64,000 bases of DNA from Sulfuriflexus sp. (GCA_023134145.1 JAGLUW010000017.1:43136-107135), one strand, 5' to 3'. Shown: positions 1 through 10,742, counted from the first letter of the stretch. Translations and numbers: made by a program. The notes: generated by a model not told the origin, from the sequence alone.

Positions 1-174
1 TGGTTGGTAATCGATAATGCCACTGTGCTGTGTTGTTTCGAGTGTGGCAAGTGAGGCGTCAGTTCGTCGGCCATAGAAATCCTTACTGCTATGTCCTTTA
101 ATGTTAACGGCAGTATCATTATCGAAAGCATGCTCGAGTTTTTTTTGTAGTTCGGTACTGATATCAGATGACAT
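1..174 (-). CDS. glcE: Glycolate oxidase FAD-binding subunit GlcE, N-terminal part (runs off window)
   Basis: Not in ORF track. Manual translation from ATG at 174 gives MSSDISTELQKKLEHAFDNDTAVNIKGHSSKDFYGRR...HSGIIDYQP, a typical GlcE N-terminus; downstream of glcD. Confidence 0.85.
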   Translation of the reverse strand, partial: MSSDISTELQKKLEHAFDNDTAVNIKGHSSKDFYGRRTDASLATLETTQHSGIIDYQP

Positions 175-181
175 AATATTT

Positions 182-853
182 TTATTCAAACCTTAATGAA
201 CGTAGCATGGCGAGGCTTTTTTTCGCTTGTTCGGCGCGACCTTCAATGATTTCTTCTTCGATTTCAATATTTTCAGCGGCCAATGGGATGTCGGTCCAAA
301 CGAAGGCGAGTTCGCTGCCAAAATCCGTAAGATAAAAAAGATGAAAACGCGGTCCTTGTTTGTCAGAAGCGAATTGCTTGTAGATAGAGGCAATAGTCTT
401 TTTACCATCAATCTCAAAATGGTGAGTGCTTAGTTCTAATAATGGGCTTCGGTATGAACGAATTGCTAAGCGTTTATACCAATCGAATGTTTTGGCACTG
501 GCTTGTTCGAAAGAGATTGCACGTTCACTCTTGTTTAATGCGTGGGTTGTTTCAAGACGATAAGTGCCACCGGTTTTGGTTGGCTTTATTGAAAGCACTG
601 TTCCGCGCACGGTAAATACATCGGTGACGGCATTTAGTATGTATGCGCGAGTACCACTAATGGGGAGAGTAACGTGGAAACTTTTATCACCAGATGTATA
701 TTGACCCGTTTCCGCATCGATTTCACCAACAAGCCGACCCGTTACTATTTTCTCGTCAACAGCAAAAACATTATTCGAAAATAATAATGAAACACACAGT
801 GCTGAAGCACTAAGCATTGAAGTAATTGTTTTTTTGAAATTATTTTTATGCAT
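182..853 (-). CDS. Hypothetical exported protein between glcD and glcE
   Basis: ORF-track start (922) overlaps glcD. ATG at 853 lies 1 bp after the glcD stop and gives a Sec-type signal peptide (MHKNNFKK...LLFSNNVFA). Confidence 0.7.
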   Translation of the reverse strand: MHKNNFKKTITSMLSASALCVSLLFSNNVFAVDEKIVTGRLVGEIDAETGQYTSGDKSFHVTLPISGTRAYILNAVTDVFTVRGTVLSIKPTKTGGTYRLETTHALNKSERAISFEQASAKTFDWYKRLAIRSYRSPLLELSTHHFEIDGKKTIASIYKQFASDKQGPRFHLFYLTDFGSELAFVWTDIPLAAENIEIEEEIIEGRAEQAKKSLAMLRSLRFE

Positions 854-854
854 T

Positions 855-2342
855 TTAAAAGCGTTCAATTTCAGGAAAAGGCACTTCGCCATTATGGACA
901 TGCATCGCACCAAATTCTGCACAGCGATGTAATGTTGGTACGGCTTTGCCTGGGTTTAGTAAACCATCTGGATCGAAGGCTTGTTTCACTGCATGCAGTT
1001 GCTGTAATTCATCTTTATTGAATTGAAAACACATCGCATCTAGTTTTTCTACGCCGACACCATGTTCGCCGGTAATCGTGCCACCGGCTTTTACGCAAGC
1101 TTCAAGTATTTTTCTACCCAGTTCTTCAGTTTGTTCTAATTCATTTTCTATATTTGCATCGTACAGAATAAGCGGGTGTAAGTTGCCATCGCCTGCATGG
1201 AATACATTAACAACGCGTAGTCCGTATTCATTTGAAAGTTCGGTAATGTGCGTTAACACCGCAGCAAGTTGGTGGCGAGGAATGGTGCCATCCATACAAT
1301 AATAATCGGGACTGATTCGGCCAACAGCAGGGAAGGCCGCTTTACGCCCAGCCCAGAATTGTTGGCGTTCGCTGTCACTGCTCGCAACACGCACTTCATC
1401 AGCACCAGATTGTTTAAATACATCGCTGACGCGTTGTACTTGTTCTACAACATCGTCTTCTGGGCCATCGATTTCACATATCAACACGGCGGCGGCATCA
1501 GTGGGGTAACCTGCGTGAACAAAATCTTCTGCAGCACGAATCGCGGCGTTGTCCATAAGTTCAAGACCTGCAGGGATAATGCCCGCGGCAATAACGTTGG
1601 CAACCGATGCGCCTGCAGCGGCAACATCATTAAAGGAAGCAAGCAATACTTGAACGGTATCTGGTTTTGGTAATAACTTAACAGTGACTTCAATAATGAT
1701 GCCGAGTAATCCTTCTGAACCTGTCATGAGTGCAAGCAAATCATAACCAGAAGAATCTAAACCTGAACCACCAATGGTATGTAGTTCACCATCAAATGTT
1801 AGTATTTTTAATTGCTGAATATTGTGAACGGTGAGTCCGTACTTAAGACAATGTACACCACCCGAATTTTCGGCGACATTGCCACCAATGCTGCATGCAA
1901 TTTGTGAAGAGGGATCGGGTGCGTAATAAAGTCCGTATTGTTTAACCGCTTCGGTAATCGCTAAGTTGCGTACACCGGGTTCAACACGGGCACAACGGTT
2001 AGCAACATCAACATCGATAATGCGCTTAAATTTCGCGAGACTTAATAGCACGCCGCGTTTATGTGGTAATGCTCCACCAGACAAACCGGTTCCTGCCCCT
2101 CGTGCGACTACAGGAGTTTGTAGGCGTTTGCAGATCTTGAGTACTTGCTGAACTTGTTCAACAGTTTCTGGCAATACCACTATATAAGGTAGGGAGCGGT
2201 AGGCGGAGAGCCCATCACATTCGTAGGGCTTAAGCGCCTCTGGATTACTGAGCACGGCACCATTGGCTAGTACAGATTGCAGTGCGCTGGCGAGGGCTTC
2301 ACGATCGCCGTGATAGCCAGATGTATCGAGTTGTTCTTGCAT
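855..2342 (-). CDS. glcD: Glycolate oxidase subunit GlcD
   Basis: ARGAGTGLSGG, APDPSSQIACSIGGNVAENSGGVHCLKYG, HAGDGNLHP, GEHGVG, and GlcD-type C-terminus RCAEFGAMHVH. Confidence 0.95.
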   Translation of the reverse strand: MQEQLDTSGYHGDREALASALQSVLANGAVLSNPEALKPYECDGLSAYRSLPYIVVLPETVEQVQQVLKICKRLQTPVVARGAGTGLSGGALPHKRGVLLSLAKFKRIIDVDVANRCARVEPGVRNLAITEAVKQYGLYYAPDPSSQIACSIGGNVAENSGGVHCLKYGLTVHNIQQLKILTFDGELHTIGGSGLDSSGYDLLALMTGSEGLLGIIIEVTVKLLPKPDTVQVLLASFNDVAAAGASVANVIAAGIIPAGLELMDNAAIRAAEDFVHAGYPTDAAAVLICEIDGPEDDVVEQVQRVSDVFKQSGADEVRVASSDSERQQFWAGRKAAFPAVGRISPDYYCMDGTIPRHQLAAVLTHITELSNEYGLRVVNVFHAGDGNLHPLILYDANIENELEQTEELGRKILEACVKAGGTITGEHGVGVEKLDAMCFQFNKDELQQLHAVKQAFDPDGLLNPGKAVPTLHRCAEFGAMHVHNGEVPFPEIERF

Positions 2343-2380
2343 GGTGCTAGGATAATCTAAACAGACCGAGCAGGGTAGTC

Positions 2381-4762
2381 TCAGTTTTTGCTTGCCTCAG
2401 CATCTTTTACGGTGTCATACATGATAGCTAAGCTATCTGGGTTAAATGAAATTGAGTTAATGCCTTTTTCAACTAACCAATGGGTTATTTCAGGATAGTC
2501 TGATGGAGCTTGGCCACAGATGCCGATGTACTTTCCTGCTTTATTACACGCATCAATTGCCATTTCCATGAGTTTTAATACAGCAGGGTTACGTTCATCA
2601 AAGTCATTTACTAATGAAGAGTCCCTATCAACACCAAGGGTTAATTGGGTAAGGTCATTTGAGCCAATGGAAAAACCGTCAAATAGTTCAAGAAATTCAT
2701 CAGCAAGTAATGCATTGGCGGGAATTTCACACATAAGATAAATCTTCAAACCATTTTCACCGCGAACCAAGCCATTATTGGCCATTAATCTAAGCACTTC
2801 CGTTGCTTCATTAATGGTGCGGACAAAAGGCACCATCACAGCAAGATTAGTCAGTCCCATGGTATCGCGTACTCGGCAGAGTGCTTCGCATTCCATTTTA
2901 AAGCATTCGGAAAATTGCTTGGAAGGGTAGCGGGAAGCACCACGGAAACCGAGCATCGGATTTTCTTCTTTCGGTTCAAATGATTCACCGCCGGGCATGG
3001 CTGCATATTCATTGGACTTAAAATCACTTAGCCGAACAATGACGGGGCGTGGCGAAAATGCAGCAGCAATACTGCCGACACCTTCGGCAAGACGCTGCAC
3101 GTAAAAATGTCGTGGGTCAGTGTAGGCGGCGCTGCGTTTTTCAATTTCTGCGCGGGTAGCGTCATCGACGTTATCCGGTTCGAGTAATGCGCGAGGGTGA
3201 ATACCAATGAAGTGGTTAATAATAAATTCAAGCCGAGCAAGGCCGACACCATCAGAGGGTAATTGTGAAAGGCTATAGGCTTGTTCGGGATCACCAACGT
3301 TAAGCATAAGATGCGTTCGTGGGTGCGGCCCCTTAAAAGGTTTAATTGTTTCGGTGTGCCAAGGTAATAAGCCTGCATAGATATTACCTGTGTCACCTTC
3401 GGCGCAAGATACGGTGACATCTTGTCCTGTGTGTAATGTTGTTGATGCGTTACCACAGCCAACGATTGCGGGAATACCAAGTTCACGAGCAATGATCGCG
3501 GCATGACAAGTACGGCCACCACGATTAGTGATAATGGCCGATGCGATTTTCATAATCGGTTCCCAGTCAGGATCGGTAATATCGGTGACCAGCACTTCAC
3601 CTGCTTGTAGATTATGCATTTCACTCGCGTGTGGAATCACGCGTATCTTACCTTGGCCAATCTTGCGGCCAATACTTTTACCTGTGCAAAGTAACTCGCC
3701 ACGCTCTTCAAGTACGTGTTGTTCAAAATGTTTATGATCGTCGGAACTATGAATTGTTTCAGGACGTGCTTGCAGTATATAGAGTAATCCATCACGACCA
3801 TCTTTAGCCCATTCGATATCCATTGGTTGGTCGTGACCATGATGTGCTGAGTAATGTTTTTCAATAATAACGGCTTGTCGTGCAAGTTCGACGATGTCAT
3901 CTTCATCAAGTGCAAATTGCATTTGTTCGTTAATCGGTACGTCGACATTTTTAATGCCACCGGTATCGTCATAGATCATACGCAGTGCTTTATCACCCAG
4001 TTGGCGTTTAATGATTGGATGGTGTTTCTCACCAAGACTTGGTTTGAATACATGGTATTCATCAGGATTTACCGCGCCTTGTACGACATTTTCACCTAAG
4101 CCATAAGCGGCATTGATCAGAACAACATTACGAAAACCACTTTCAGTATCGAGAGTGAACATAACGCCAGATGTGCCAAGATCGGAGCGTGCCATTTTTT
4201 GCACACCTATTGATAGGGCGACCTTCATATGCTCAAAACCCTTGTCGACACGATAGGCAATGGCACGATCAGTAAATAAGGACGCAAAGACCTTGAGACA
4301 GGTTGTCAGTACGGCATCATCGCCATGTACGTTTAGATAGGTTTCTTGTTGGCCAGCAAAGGATGCGCCGGGCAAATCTTCGGCCGTTGCAGAAGAACGC
4401 AGGGCGACATCAGGGATCATGCCGTATTGTGTTGTCATGTCGGCATAGGCAGCGAGGATCTCTTCAGCAAAATCGGGAGGCAGTTGGGCTGAGAGGAACC
4501 AGTTTCGGATCTGTTTACCCGTTTTAGTGAGCTGGGCAATATCGCGCACATCCAATTTCGCGAGTAATTTTGTAACCGGATCGCGCAGGCCATTGTGATC
4601 GAGAAAATGCCAATAGGCATCAGCAGTGGTCGCAAAACCATCAGGAATGCGTATACCTAGTGGGCTAAGCTCAGTAATCATCTCACCGAGAGAAGCATTT
4701 TTTCCACCAACAACGTCAATATCACCAATACCTAAGGTATTGAAAGTCCGCACATATTGCAT
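2381..4762 (-). CDS. ppsA: Phosphoenolpyruvate synthase
   Basis: VGGKNASLGEM, RSSATAEDLPGASFAGQQET, phospho-His GGRTCHAAIIARE, FSIGSNDLTQ. Confidence 0.97.
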   Translation of the reverse strand: MQYVRTFNTLGIGDIDVVGGKNASLGEMITELSPLGIRIPDGFATTADAYWHFLDHNGLRDPVTKLLAKLDVRDIAQLTKTGKQIRNWFLSAQLPPDFAEEILAAYADMTTQYGMIPDVALRSSATAEDLPGASFAGQQETYLNVHGDDAVLTTCLKVFASLFTDRAIAYRVDKGFEHMKVALSIGVQKMARSDLGTSGVMFTLDTESGFRNVVLINAAYGLGENVVQGAVNPDEYHVFKPSLGEKHHPIIKRQLGDKALRMIYDDTGGIKNVDVPINEQMQFALDEDDIVELARQAVIIEKHYSAHHGHDQPMDIEWAKDGRDGLLYILQARPETIHSSDDHKHFEQHVLEERGELLCTGKSIGRKIGQGKIRVIPHASEMHNLQAGEVLVTDITDPDWEPIMKIASAIITNRGGRTCHAAIIARELGIPAIVGCGNASTTLHTGQDVTVSCAEGDTGNIYAGLLPWHTETIKPFKGPHPRTHLMLNVGDPEQAYSLSQLPSDGVGLARLEFIINHFIGIHPRALLEPDNVDDATRAEIEKRSAAYTDPRHFYVQRLAEGVGSIAAAFSPRPVIVRLSDFKSNEYAAMPGGESFEPKEENPMLGFRGASRYPSKQFSECFKMECEALCRVRDTMGLTNLAVMVPFVRTINEATEVLRLMANNGLVRGENGLKIYLMCEIPANALLADEFLELFDGFSIGSNDLTQLTLGVDRDSSLVNDFDERNPAVLKLMEMAIDACNKAGKYIGICGQAPSDYPEITHWLVEKGINSISFNPDSLAIMYDTVKDAEASKN

Positions 4763-4863
4763 GGCTATGGGCCTTTTTTAACTGGAAATTTGAGCGCGTT
4801 TACGACAGACTAGCGCGCGCTTAAGTAACTAAACATTATTCCTACATGCTAAGAGGCATCAAC

Positions 4864-6045
4864 ATGAGTAGCAAGTCATTTCATCCACCTAAACGTACCT
4901 TAATGGGCCCAGGTCCTTCTGATGTAAACCCACGTGTTTTGGAAGCAATGTCACGCCCAACGATTGGTCATCTTGATCCTGTTTTTGTTGGCTTAATGGA
5001 TGATATGAAAGGTCTGCTGCAATATGCCTTTCAAACTAAAAACGAATTAACGATGCCTGTATCTGCTCCAGGTTCTGCTGGTATGGAAACTTGTTTTGCC
5101 AACTTGGTTGAGCCAGGCGACAAAGTTATTGTTTGCCGCAACGGCGTTTTCGGCATGCGAATGACTGAGAATGTTGAACGTTGTGGTGGCGAAGCCATCT
5201 TGGTTGATGATGAATGGGGACAACCTGTTGATCCAGCTAAGTTGGAAGAAGCGCTAAAAGCGAACCCTGATGCCTGCATTGTTGCATTCGTTCATGCAGA
5301 AACATCAACGGGTGCTCAATCTGATGCGAAGACATTGGTTGAGATTGCTCATAAGTACGATTGTCTGACAATTGTTGATGCGGTGACATCATTAGGTGGT
5401 ACACCACTGATGGTTGATGAGTGGGGAATTGATTCAATTTATTCTGGTACGCAAAAATGTTTGTCTTGTACGCCAGGTCTTTCACCTATTAGTTTTAATG
5501 AGGCCGCATTGGAAAAAATTAAGAACCGTAAGACTAAGGTTCAAAGTTGGTTCCTCGATTTGAATTTGGTTATGGGTTACTGGGGTGGTGGTGCAAAACG
5601 TGCTTATCACCATACGGCACCGATTAATTCTTTATACGGATTGCATGAGTCATTAGTGATTCTTGAAGAAGAAGGCATTGAAAACTCATGGGCTCGTCAT
5701 GCGCATCACCATGCAGCACTACGCGATGGTTTTGAAGCGATGGGTTTGAAATTTATTGTTGATGCAGAAAGTCGCCTACCACAACTTAATTCAGTGACCA
5801 TTCCTGAAGGTGTTGATGAAGCGGCAGTTCGTGGTCGTTTATTAAATGAATATGATTTGGAAATTGGCGCAGGCTTAGGTGCATTAGCCGGTAAGGTTTG
5901 GCGTGTTGGCCTAATGGGTTACGCGGCGAATCAGCGTAATGTTTTATTCTGCCTACAATCACTTGATGCGATACTTACTGATATGGGTGCGTCGATTAAT
6001 AGCGGTGCAGCAGTGAAAGCAGCACAGGCTTATTACGCTAAGTAA
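4864..6045 (+). CDS. Alanine-glyoxylate / serine-pyruvate aminotransferase (class V PLP)
   Basis: LMGPGPS, VHAETSTG, DAVTSLGG, PLP lysine SGTQKCL, RAYHHTAP; start placed at ATG after GAGG RBS. Confidence 0.92.
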   Translation: MSSKSFHPPKRTLMGPGPSDVNPRVLEAMSRPTIGHLDPVFVGLMDDMKGLLQYAFQTKNELTMPVSAPGSAGMETCFANLVEPGDKVIVCRNGVFGMRMTENVERCGGEAILVDDEWGQPVDPAKLEEALKANPDACIVAFVHAETSTGAQSDAKTLVEIAHKYDCLTIVDAVTSLGGTPLMVDEWGIDSIYSGTQKCLSCTPGLSPISFNEAALEKIKNRKTKVQSWFLDLNLVMGYWGGGAKRAYHHTAPINSLYGLHESLVILEEEGIENSWARHAHHHAALRDGFEAMGLKFIVDAESRLPQLNSVTIPEGVDEAAVRGRLLNEYDLEIGAGLGALAGKVWRVGLMGYAANQRNVLFCLQSLDAILTDMGASINSGAAVKAAQAYYAK

Positions 6046-6063
6046 TAGGTAAGCTTAAGTTAT

Positions 6064-6098
6064 AAAAAAAGCCGGTGCTTAGTAGCATCGGCTTTTTT
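6064..6098. terminator. Bidirectional intrinsic terminator
   Basis: A7-GCCGGTGCT-tagt-AGCATCGGC-T6 between convergent genes. Confidence 0.85.
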
Positions 6099-6119
6099 AT
6101 GTGAAATGGTTATTAATAT

Positions 6120-6863
6120 TTAATCGTCGTCATTACCAATCGCAGTGCCGACTTCAAGTTCTTCAAACCAGTCTAGGAAGCGTTTTACATCATCGCCTTT
6201 GAATATACGGCCATGTTGTGGCGCCATTTGTTCAATGTCGAGTTTACGAACGCGACTAATCCAATCATTTTTAGCACGGTTTGATGGCATCCAGCGTTGA
6301 TGGAACATTTTCATCCTTGTGACATGTTCATCAAAGTCGTCAACATAAATAGGTCCTTCTGGTGATTCAAGTGCGGCACCCACGTCACCACTCATCAATA
6401 TTTTGGCGACGGGATCATAAACATGGTAATTGCCAGAAGCATGGAGATAATGAGCAGGGATAAATTCTAAATTAATTAATCCTAGGTTAAGTGTGTTGCC
6501 TTCATCCGGAATGCCAACATATTCAATGTTATTCATACCAAAGTGACGAATAAAACCTTCCCAAATCCAAGGCGCATGTAGGCGAGCTTCAGGTAAAGCT
6601 TGATCCCATAAACCCAGAGAAGAAATAATATCGGGATCTTGGTGTGAGGCAAAAAGATCAGTAATTTGATCCGCTTTTGCATGATGTAAAATAGCACCTA
6701 GCATTGGAGCAAAGACTTCGATGCCACCCGGATCCATGAGTAGGGCACGTTCGCCGGCTACAATCATGTATTGGTTTGTATCGATAATACTGTCTGCTTT
6801 TTCTGGATCACGGCCAAACATGAACCATTGATGGCCTTTATCAAAAATCTTTGTGACTTTCAT
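6120..6863 (-). CDS. Oxygen-binding di-iron protein (ODP)-like metallo-beta-lactamase fold protein
   Basis: NQY, DPGG, SHQDPD, AHYLH, SGD and PQHG motifs; no flavodoxin domain; adjacent to chemoreceptor-like gene. Confidence 0.8.
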   Translation of the reverse strand: MKVTKIFDKGHQWFMFGRDPEKADSIIDTNQYMIVAGERALLMDPGGIEVFAPMLGAILHHAKADQITDLFASHQDPDIISSLGLWDQALPEARLHAPWIWEGFIRHFGMNNIEYVGIPDEGNTLNLGLINLEFIPAHYLHASGNYHVYDPVAKILMSGDVGAALESPEGPIYVDDFDEHVTRMKMFHQRWMPSNRAKNDWISRVRKLDIEQMAPQHGRIFKGDDVKRFLDWFEELEVGTAIGNDDD

Positions 6864-6876
6864 TACTGCTTCCCTG

Positions 6877-7506
6877 TTATGCGTGTTCGCGCGTTAAGGT
6901 TTTAACTCGATCGAGATGTTCGTAGCTGTCTGAAACTTTATCTTTAATAAACACGGCTGCGTTATCAAGGTTGTCTGCAACAACATCAAGTTTGGCACGG
7001 AATTCTTGTGCGTTTGAAGTGACAACACGCGATACAGATGCAATAGCTCTTGCTGAGAGCATGTGTTTATCCATTTCTTCAAGTTGCACAAATAAATCTT
7101 TCATGCTGTTTCTAAATTCTTTGAATGATTTAATCATGTGTGTTTCAACACGATCCATTGATGGGTTTAATGACTTAATGTATGCGGCATCTTCATTCTT
7201 TTTAATGACAGAAGTAAAACGCTTGTAAGCATCGTATGAACGTTGTTCATGTACGGCTATTTTTGAGAGCCGTAGGGCATTTTCATTGATAGTAGATACG
7301 CCCTCAATGGCTAGTTGGGATATTTCATCAATGAAATCAGTAATGGGTTGGAAGCCAAGCCCTTTATCGCCAGCCTGCGCCGATATTACTTTGGCATTTT
7401 TAGCAGCCAGTGACACACCATAGGCAACATTCATTACAGAATGTAACTCGGCGGCAATGCTTGCTAAAGCAACTAATTTGTCTTCATTTTGAGCCATATT
7501 GGCCAT
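6877..7506 (-). CDS. Short soluble methyl-accepting chemotaxis-like protein
   Basis: LAAKNAKVISAQAGDKGLGF resembles the MCP signalling tip; helical; no TM segment. Confidence 0.7.
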   Translation of the reverse strand: MANMAQNEDKLVALASIAAELHSVMNVAYGVSLAAKNAKVISAQAGDKGLGFQPITDFIDEISQLAIEGVSTINENALRLSKIAVHEQRSYDAYKRFTSVIKKNEDAAYIKSLNPSMDRVETHMIKSFKEFRNSMKDLFVQLEEMDKHMLSARAIASVSRVVTSNAQEFRAKLDVVADNLDNAAVFIKDKVSDSYEHLDRVKTLTREHA

Positions 7507-7539
7507 TACTCAACCTATGGAGTGATTATTGTACATAGG

Positions 7540-7566
7540 CTATCGGCATTTAGTCGGAAAACATGA
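7540..7566 (-). promoter_or_regulatory. Putative sigma28 (FliA) promoter of the MCP-like/ODP operon
   Basis: Minus strand TCATGTTT-N11-GCCGATAG vs consensus TAAAGTTT-N11-GCCGATAA. Confidence 0.65.
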
Positions 7567-7728
7567 TAATTATAATCTTTAGTAGCCTAGTGGTTTACAA
7601 TGGTATTATGGCTAGTCTATACAGATAGACGTAATCGTAATTGTTCGTAATATTTTTCTTGGTGAAAACCTTACGTAGGTTGTAGGATAAGGATCAAGAT
7701 TCCCAAGTGAATGGAGATAGTTTACATC

Positions 7729-8508
7729 ATGAAAAGCATAAAAATTATATTGATTATTGTTGTGGCGGTGGTGATTGGCGCGGCTGTGTTTTTATTATCA
7801 TCACTTGATGGCCTCGTTAAAACAGCTATTGAAGAAGCCGGCACGCAGGTGACTCAGACTCGTGTAGCTGTAGGCGAAGTAAAACTTACGCCGACCTCTG
7901 GAGAGGGAACAATTAAAAATTTACAGGTAGATAGTCCAGCGGGATTCTCGCGGAAACAAATATTTACTTTGGGTGAAGTGACGATTGCAATTGATCCAAA
8001 AACAATAACGGAAAAAGTGGTTGTTATTGATAAGGTGATTATTAAATCACCACAAATATTTTATGAAATAAATGACAAGGGTGATTCGAACCTAGATGTA
8101 TTAAAGAAAAATGTAGAACAAGCAACCGCGAAGATGGGTTCAACAGGGAAATCTGATGCTGGTGGCGACGAGGTTAAAATAATTATTCGCAAATTCGTTA
8201 TTGAAGGTGCTGAAGTCGATGCACGAATTGCTGCATTGGGTGGTAAGGATTTATCAGCAAATATTCCGCGTATTCAATTAAATAATTTAGGTAAAGACAC
8301 GGGTGGTGCAACAGCCGGTGAAATAGCCGAAAAGGTAACAAATGTTTTAATATCAAAAACAACCACGGCCGTTGCTGAATTAGGTGCACAACAATTTATT
8401 GGTAAAACAGCCGAAGAGGCCAAAGCCGAGTTAGAAAGGAAGGCCAAAGAAACAGTGATTGAGAAATTAGGCGATCAAATTGGTGGGGCGTTAGAAAGCT
8501 TGTTCTGA
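7729..8508 (+). CDS. AsmA-like / DUF748-like membrane-anchored protein
   Basis: N-terminal TM anchor followed by beta-rich AsmA-type segment and SNLD motif. Confidence 0.6.
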   Translation: MKSIKIILIIVVAVVIGAAVFLLSSLDGLVKTAIEEAGTQVTQTRVAVGEVKLTPTSGEGTIKNLQVDSPAGFSRKQIFTLGEVTIAIDPKTITEKVVVIDKVIIKSPQIFYEINDKGDSNLDVLKKNVEQATAKMGSTGKSDAGGDEVKIIIRKFVIEGAEVDARIAALGGKDLSANIPRIQLNNLGKDTGGATAGEIAEKVTNVLISKTTTAVAELGAQQFIGKTAEEAKAELERKAKETVIEKLGDQIGGALESLF

Positions 8509-8652
8509 GCTTAATACGCTACTTTAGGTTGTGACCGTTTGCGCACTCATGCCGGTGAGTGCTTTTCTGCGGCTCAGTTCATCAAATAGAGACTACGCAA
8601 ATCCTATATAGTGGTGTTTTGTAGAAAAACACACCATTTCATGGTGCGTGGC

Positions 8653-8681
8653 CTTGAAATCATCATTTATTAACCCCATCT
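8653..8681 (+). promoter_or_regulatory. Sigma32 (RpoH) promoter of htpG
   Basis: CTTGAAA-N14-CCCCATCT upstream of htpG. Confidence 0.85.
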
Positions 8682-8734
8682 AGCAGCATAATAAACCTAT
8701 ATTTAGTTAAATATTTTCGGAGGCACAAAGAGTC

Positions 8735-10654
8735 ATGACTGTTGAAGCGCATAAAGAGACCATGGAATTCCAAACTGAGGTGCGGCAATTGCTGCAACTG
8801 ATGATCAATTCCCTGTACAGCAATAAAGAGATCTTTTTGCGTGAATTGGTATCAAATGGTTCAGATGCTTGCGATAAGCTGCGCTTTGAATCCTTGTCTG
8901 ATGATGCCCTCATGGAAGATGACAGCGAGATGGCTATCACCGTTGAGTTTGATAAAGATGCTCGTACTATCACGATTGCAGATAACGGTATCGGTATGAA
9001 CCGTCAAGAAGTCATTGATAACATCGGTACGATTGCCAAGTCGGGTACCAAGCAGTTCTTTGAAGCCTTAAGTGGAGATCAAGCCAGTGATGCTAATTTA
9101 ATTGGCCAATTCGGTGTTGGTTTTTATTCATCATTTATTATTGCTGACAAAGTGGTTGTTGAAACGCGTCGCGCTGGCACAACAGCTGAACATGGCGTGC
9201 GTTGGGAATCAGCAGGTGAAGGTGATTTCTCATTAGAAACAATTGATAAAGAGTCACGTGGTACAACGATCACATTGCATGTACGTGAAGACTCCGATGA
9301 ATTCCTTGATGGACATCGCTTGCGTCACATTATTCGTACTTATTCTGATCACATCAGTTTGCCAATTAAAATGTGGTCGGAGCCTATGCCTTCAATGGAT
9401 GAAGACGGCAAAGAGAAAGATATTCCTGCACCTGAATTGGAAATGGTTAACAGTGCATCGGCTTTATGGGCGCGTTCAAAGAGCGACATTAGCGATGAAG
9501 AATACAATGAGTTTTATAAACATGTTGGTCATGATTTCCAAGATCCACTCTGTCACGTACATAGTCGCGTAGAAGGGAGCATCGAATACACGTCATTGTT
9601 GTATGTGCCATCTAAAGCACCGTTTGATTTATGGGATCGTAATTCAAAACACGGCATTAAGTTATATGTTCGCCGTGTATTTATTATGGATGATGCCGAA
9701 CAGTTAATGCCACAGTACCTGCGTTTTGTTCGAGGCGTTGTTGATTCAGCTGACTTGCCCTTGAATGTGTCACGTGAAATTCTACAACACAACAAAGCCA
9801 TTGATAGCATGCGTTCAGGTTCAGTGAAGAAAGTACTTGGCATGTTAGAAGGCATTGCCAAGAATGATCCAGAGCAATATGCCACATTCTGGAATGAGTT
9901 TGGCCGTGTTATGAAAGAAGGCCCAGCCGAAGACGCGGGTAATAAAGAAAAGATTGCCAAGTTGTTACGCTTCGCGACCAGTAAAACAGATGATGAAGCA
10001 CAAACGGTTTCATTGCAGGAATATGTAGAGCGCATGCCAGAAGGTCAGGAAAAGATCTTCTTTATTACGGCGGATAGTTTTAGTGCTGCTAAGAATAGTC
10101 CTCATCTTGAAGTATTCCGTAACAAGGGTATTGAGGTCTTATTGTTGGCAGAACGTGTCGATGAATGGTTGGTTTCTTCATTAACTGAATTTGATGGTAA
10201 GTCACTACAATCAGTTGCCAAGGGTGATCTTGATCTGGGCGATCTTGAAGACAAGGAAGAAAAGGAACAGCAAAAGGTAGCCGAAGAAGAAAACAAAGAC
10301 TTTATTGGCCGCATTAAAGAAGCATTGGGTGATTCGGTTAAAGAAGTCCGTGTTACACACCGCTTAACCAGTACGCCTGCTTGTCTTGTTTCTGATAATA
10401 GTGATATGAGTGGCAATCTTGAACGTATTCTTCGTGAAGCAGGTCAAGAAATGCCAAACATGCAGCCAATTCTTGAAATCAATCCGAGCCATGCCTTAGT
10501 CGAGTTGCTTAAAGACGAATCAGATACTGAACAGTTCTCTGATTGGTCGAAGATCTTATTTGATCAAGCATTGCTTTCTGAAGGTGGTCAACTAGAAGAT
10601 CCTGCCGGATTTGTTGCCCGTCTTAACGCTATGTTATTGAAATTAGCTAAATAA
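8735..10654 (+). CDS. htpG: Hsp90 chaperone HtpG
   Basis: [45 protein letters not shown]. Confidence 0.98.
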   Translation: MTVEAHKETMEFQTEVRQLLQLMINSLYSNKEIFLRELVSNGSDACDKLRFESLSDDALMEDDSEMAITVEFDKDARTITIADNGIGMNRQEVIDNIGTIAKSGTKQFFEALSGDQASDANLIGQFGVGFYSSFIIADKVVVETRRAGTTAEHGVRWESAGEGDFSLETIDKESRGTTITLHVREDSDEFLDGHRLRHIIRTYSDHISLPIKMWSEPMPSMDEDGKEKDIPAPELEMVNSASALWARSKSDISDEEYNEFYKHVGHDFQDPLCHVHSRVEGSIEYTSLLYVPSKAPFDLWDRNSKHGIKLYVRRVFIMDDAEQLMPQYLRFVRGVVDSADLPLNVSREILQHNKAIDSMRSGSVKKVLGMLEGIAKNDPEQYATFWNEFGRVMKEGPAEDAGNKEKIAKLLRFATSKTDDEAQTVSLQEYVERMPEGQEKIFFITADSFSAAKNSPHLEVFRNKGIEVLLLAERVDEWLVSSLTEFDGKSLQSVAKGDLDLGDLEDKEEKEQQKVAEEENKDFIGRIKEALGDSVKEVRVTHRLTSTPACLVSDNSDMSGNLERILREAGQEMPNMQPILEINPSHALVELLKDESDTEQFSDWSKILFDQALLSEGGQLEDPAGFVARLNAMLLKLAK

Positions 10655-10664
10655 ATAGCTTTAA

Positions 10665-10695
10665 CCCGTCTGGCATTCAAGTCAGGCGGGCTTTT
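10665..10695 (+). terminator. Intrinsic terminator after htpG
   Basis: CCCGTCTGGC-attcaa-GTCAGGCGGG followed by CTTTT. Confidence 0.75.
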
Positions 10696-10742
10696 GCCGA
10701 CATACTCTATATAGAAGGTCATCACAGGCCGAGGAGTGTGTC

